NCBI RefSeq assembly: GCF_009834535.1
Contig: NC_045698.1
Span: 6,822,001-6,886,000, forward strand
DNA: 64,000 nucleotides
Direction of reading: 5' to 3'
Source: Camelus ferus
Lineage: Eukaryota
The notes under the pieces: generated by a model
What the model saw: the letters and a program-made list of their open reading frames with translations, nothing else
Told to the model about the DNA's origin: nothing
Database searches by the model: none
Part shown: positions 60,938 through 64,000 of the stretch, in pieces
Layout: each line of letters begins with the position of its first letter
How positions within the stretch are numbered: position 1 is the first letter of the stretch
Program-made: the position numbers and the translations under genes

Positions 60938-61849
60938 AGATTTCCACAGGGATGCTGCTCGGAAATAAATTAAAAGGTCATGTGTTTAACAGTCAGACAG
61001 CAGAAGGATAACAAGGGGCCTTGGGAGCAGAGGGGTGATAGTCTGTGGGAGTCAAAGTTAGGTTTTGAAAAACTAAATGCAAAACTCATCATTATTTTAC
61101 CCTAATCCTGGGAAGAACTATAAATCTTTTATGCATCTGAAATCTTCATAAAAGTGAGTCAATGTAGCAATCACTTTTAGGTTCCCTGGGAGGACTTAAC
61201 TTCTCATATTTGTCCCAACATTTTTTGTTGCTTTTTAGGAAAACCCTTAGTTCTATAGAGATTTCAAAGGTCACGTTTGAAACTATCTTTCAGATTAAAA
61301 TGCCTTGGTAGTATTGGGGTTTTTAAGATGAAAATAATTTCTCGTTGGCATTTTTGAGCTGCTTCCAGGATCTTATTTAAATACTTGTAAAGATTACCTA
61401 TAAAGACAAAACTGTTACTTCCCACAAAACTAAGACTCACAGTCAATCAGCTTATCACTTGGGTCTAGGGGAAGTTCTGCTAAGGAAAAGGCAAATTTAA
61501 GAAGATTTACATTGTATTTACTAATATATATACTCCCTACACGTATGAACATACAGGCAATGATTGTTAACCTCAAAGAAGACCACCTTCGTCAGAGGGG
61601 TCTTATAACCCATGAAAAGGCTGTGATCGCAGATTCACCCCCAGCCTCCAGGTCATTCACACCCTCTGCATCCTAGCTCAGAAGTGCATCTGTATGGAAA
61701 ACAATTTCTCCCAATGTATCAAACAAAAGCAGATGGCAAAGGAACCCCATGATCCCAGTTTTAGAAGCCAGACCTGAAAAAAAAAGAGCTAGAGATTTTG
61801 ACCGAGACTTATGCATAAAGTTGTATGTGGCACCTTTTAAAAATCCAGT

Positions 61850-62070
61850 TAAGAAATAAGCAACCACCTAAACAACCACAAGCAAGGGAAAGGTTAAATA
61901 AATCATGATATAGACGTCAGGTTACTTATTAAAAACTATGTCTGGGGTAAATAACATGGGAACATGCTCACAATACAATATCAGATAATGAAAAGTAGAA
62001 AATAAAATTTATTTACACTATGAAGCCAAATATGTTATCACACACACACACATCTAGAAAAAGCCTGAAA

Positions 62071-62117
<47 letters not shown>

Positions 62118-62345
62118 TGTATGACTGAAGAATTGTACTGTACACCGGAAGTTGACACAACATTATAAACTGACTATACCTCAATATAAACAAACAAACA
62201 AACAAACAAACATACAGTGGGTATCTCTGGGTGGCAGAAACAAAATTTTAATTTTACTCTATATACCATTAAAGATTCTCTATAATGAGCATGTGTAGCT
62301 TTTATAATAATAAAAATAGTATAGAATTATTTAAAAAATAAATGA
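61850..62345 (+). mobile_element. old L1 3' end interrupted by (TA)n, a short camelid-type L1 tail (62113-62190) and (AAAC)n
   Basis: CAAGCAAGGGAAAGGTTAAATAAATCATG...CAGTGGGTATCTCTGGGTGG; inserted TTCATGTATGACTGAAG...GACACAACATTATAAACTGACTATACCTCAAT. Confidence 0.75.
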
Positions 62346-63587
62346 AGTGCTGGTGATGAGGCTGAGAACAACATTTTACTTTGGCTATCACTTATTCTTA
62401 TATTAACACAGACAAATTTATTGCTTTTTAAATGAATCTCAGATAACAATATATATCCCCTGGGTTAAGGTCAAATTAAATGGAATAATTTAATTAAAAT
62501 AATGTATTTTAAGTGTCAAATACAACTCTACCATAAAGTACATAGGAATAAACGTCAGCCAAATCTGCACATATACAGAGGAAATAGAGATCTTTCAAAG
62601 CCCATTCCAGATCAGTATTTCAACTGCTACCTCTCCACAGTTTGGGGAATATTACACCCACACTGTTGATCTTTAGTGCCTCCACCATTTGGAAGGTGCT
62701 TCCAAATGCAGGAAATGATCCTCCTTTTGATAGATGCCAGATGGTATGGAAAGCTTAGAAGAGACCCTTTATGATGGTGGTAGAAACACATTTGACAGCA
62801 AGACATACAGAGATGAAAATAATGGAAGACCTAATACAAGAATAAATGATCCAGCACCTAATTCTACAGCAAGTTCTCACATCAGCGCCCATGGAATAAA
62901 TTTAGAGCATATCGTTAAAACTGTGTCTTCATGTCCCACAAGGACATAGACTAGATTACACTAAGACGAAAGCATCAGAGTGTCAAATGCACAGAGAGGT
63001 GGCCTAAGGCAATGAGAAATATGTTTTCATTTCATCCTACTAATATTTTATCTGAATTGCATTTCTTGTTGTCTGGTGCTCTGTGACCACACAAGGCTGA
63101 GCTGTTCATAGCCAGAATGCTACTTGGCCTTTCAGGTGTATCCTTCACCATCTCCAAATAAAATAGTTAAGCTTTGTACAGGAATATAGCACAACAGCCA
63201 AAGACCTTATGCATTTTTAGAGTAAATCTAGATAGATGGATCATTATCATCCATCTAAAGAAGCAACACTGAACGGAGTGCCCTACTCACTACTGAGCAC
63301 AGTAGTGACCTGTGAAATTATATCATGTCTAAGGTCGCTATGCAAGCTCACCATTTCTAGGAGTGTATTTCCTAGGAAGATGTTTGAGAGCTTTTGATAA
63401 AGATATCCTATGGAATTTCCATTACACTGTATTTTTCTTTTAATTACCTACAAATTTATGTGTGACTTTGACGGCTGCTTGTGCACAAAGTAAAGAAGGA
63501 CCATTTCAATTAGAAGGGATGCTAATTTCAAAGATAAGTGTTGCCTAGAATTTACCTTTCTTCCCTTCCTTAAATAGCACATAGTAA

Positions 63588-63752
63588 CTTGGTTCTCAGC
63601 CTGAACTGAACATTGTAACCACTTCGGACGCTTTGAAAGTACTGAAGCCTGTATTCCAATTAATTGGGTTAGGGATGCAGCTGAGCATCAAGACTCTAGA
63701 AGGCTCTTCAAGTGACTCTAATGTACAGCAGAAGTTAAGACAACGTTCCTAG
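63588..63752. mobile_element. MER5B-like hAT-Charlie DNA transposon
   Basis: TGGTTCTCAGCCTG...CAAGTGACTCTAATGTACAGCAGAAGTTAAGACAAC. Confidence 0.7.
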
Positions 63753-64000
63753 ATGATTAAAGGATTAAATCTTTAAGAAACAGAAAGGATTAAAATTACT
63801 AAATATTAGAAGGGCCATTTGTGAAATAAATGGAATTAAGACTGAGAAATAACCTCCTTCATGTGGCAACCCAGCCTCCTATGATCTGCTCCACACCCTG
63901 TTCTTTAGCCTTAACTCCAATTTTTCCCTGTACTTTCTTGCTGCAGTTGAACAGAACTTTTTTCGCATAAATCACAACATTTATCTCCTCTGTTGCTTCA

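Noticed and set aside
61627..61639. 13-nt match (minus strand GGTGAATCTGCGA) to part of the CPEB3 HDV-like ribozyme
   Set aside because: The pairing partner and the rest of the nested double pseudoknot are absent; treated as chance.
62734..62949. 71-aa ATG ORF after a pyrimidine tract and AG
   Set aside because: No recognisable homology, no linked exon and no nearby poly(A) signal; insufficient support.
1..64000. CRISPR arrays, operons or other prokaryotic systems
   Set aside because: The window is mammalian nuclear DNA; no regularly spaced repeat-spacer array or dense ORF packing was seen.

Overview
Repeat-rich, apparently intergenic or intronic nuclear DNA from a mammal, almost certainly a camelid. 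The taxon is inferred from a Vic-1-type tRNA-derived SINE at ~31.5 kb and at least seven cetartiodactyl/camelid-type L1 3' ends. No intact, recognisable nuclear protein-coding gene is present; the ORF track is mostly chance ORFs and decayed L1 ORF2. The clearest non-repeat feature is a ~314-bp NUMT (29691-30004, inverted) carrying the end of COX1, intact tRNA-Ser(UCN), intact tRNA-Asp and the first 47 codons of COX2. Also present: a decayed ERV1 (MER4-group-like) internal region with a tRNA-Gln-type primer-binding site (~52-55.5 kb, minus strand), two short L1 insertions with twin-priming inversion geometry (one with a probable 3' transduction), many MaLR/ERVL LTRs, MER DNA transposons, MIR and L2. 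A unique, partly CpG-rich block at 58.4-61 kb contains exon-like splice signals. Repeat family names and most repeat boundaries were recognised by eye and are approximate. I found no convincing evidence for a wholly new biological system.
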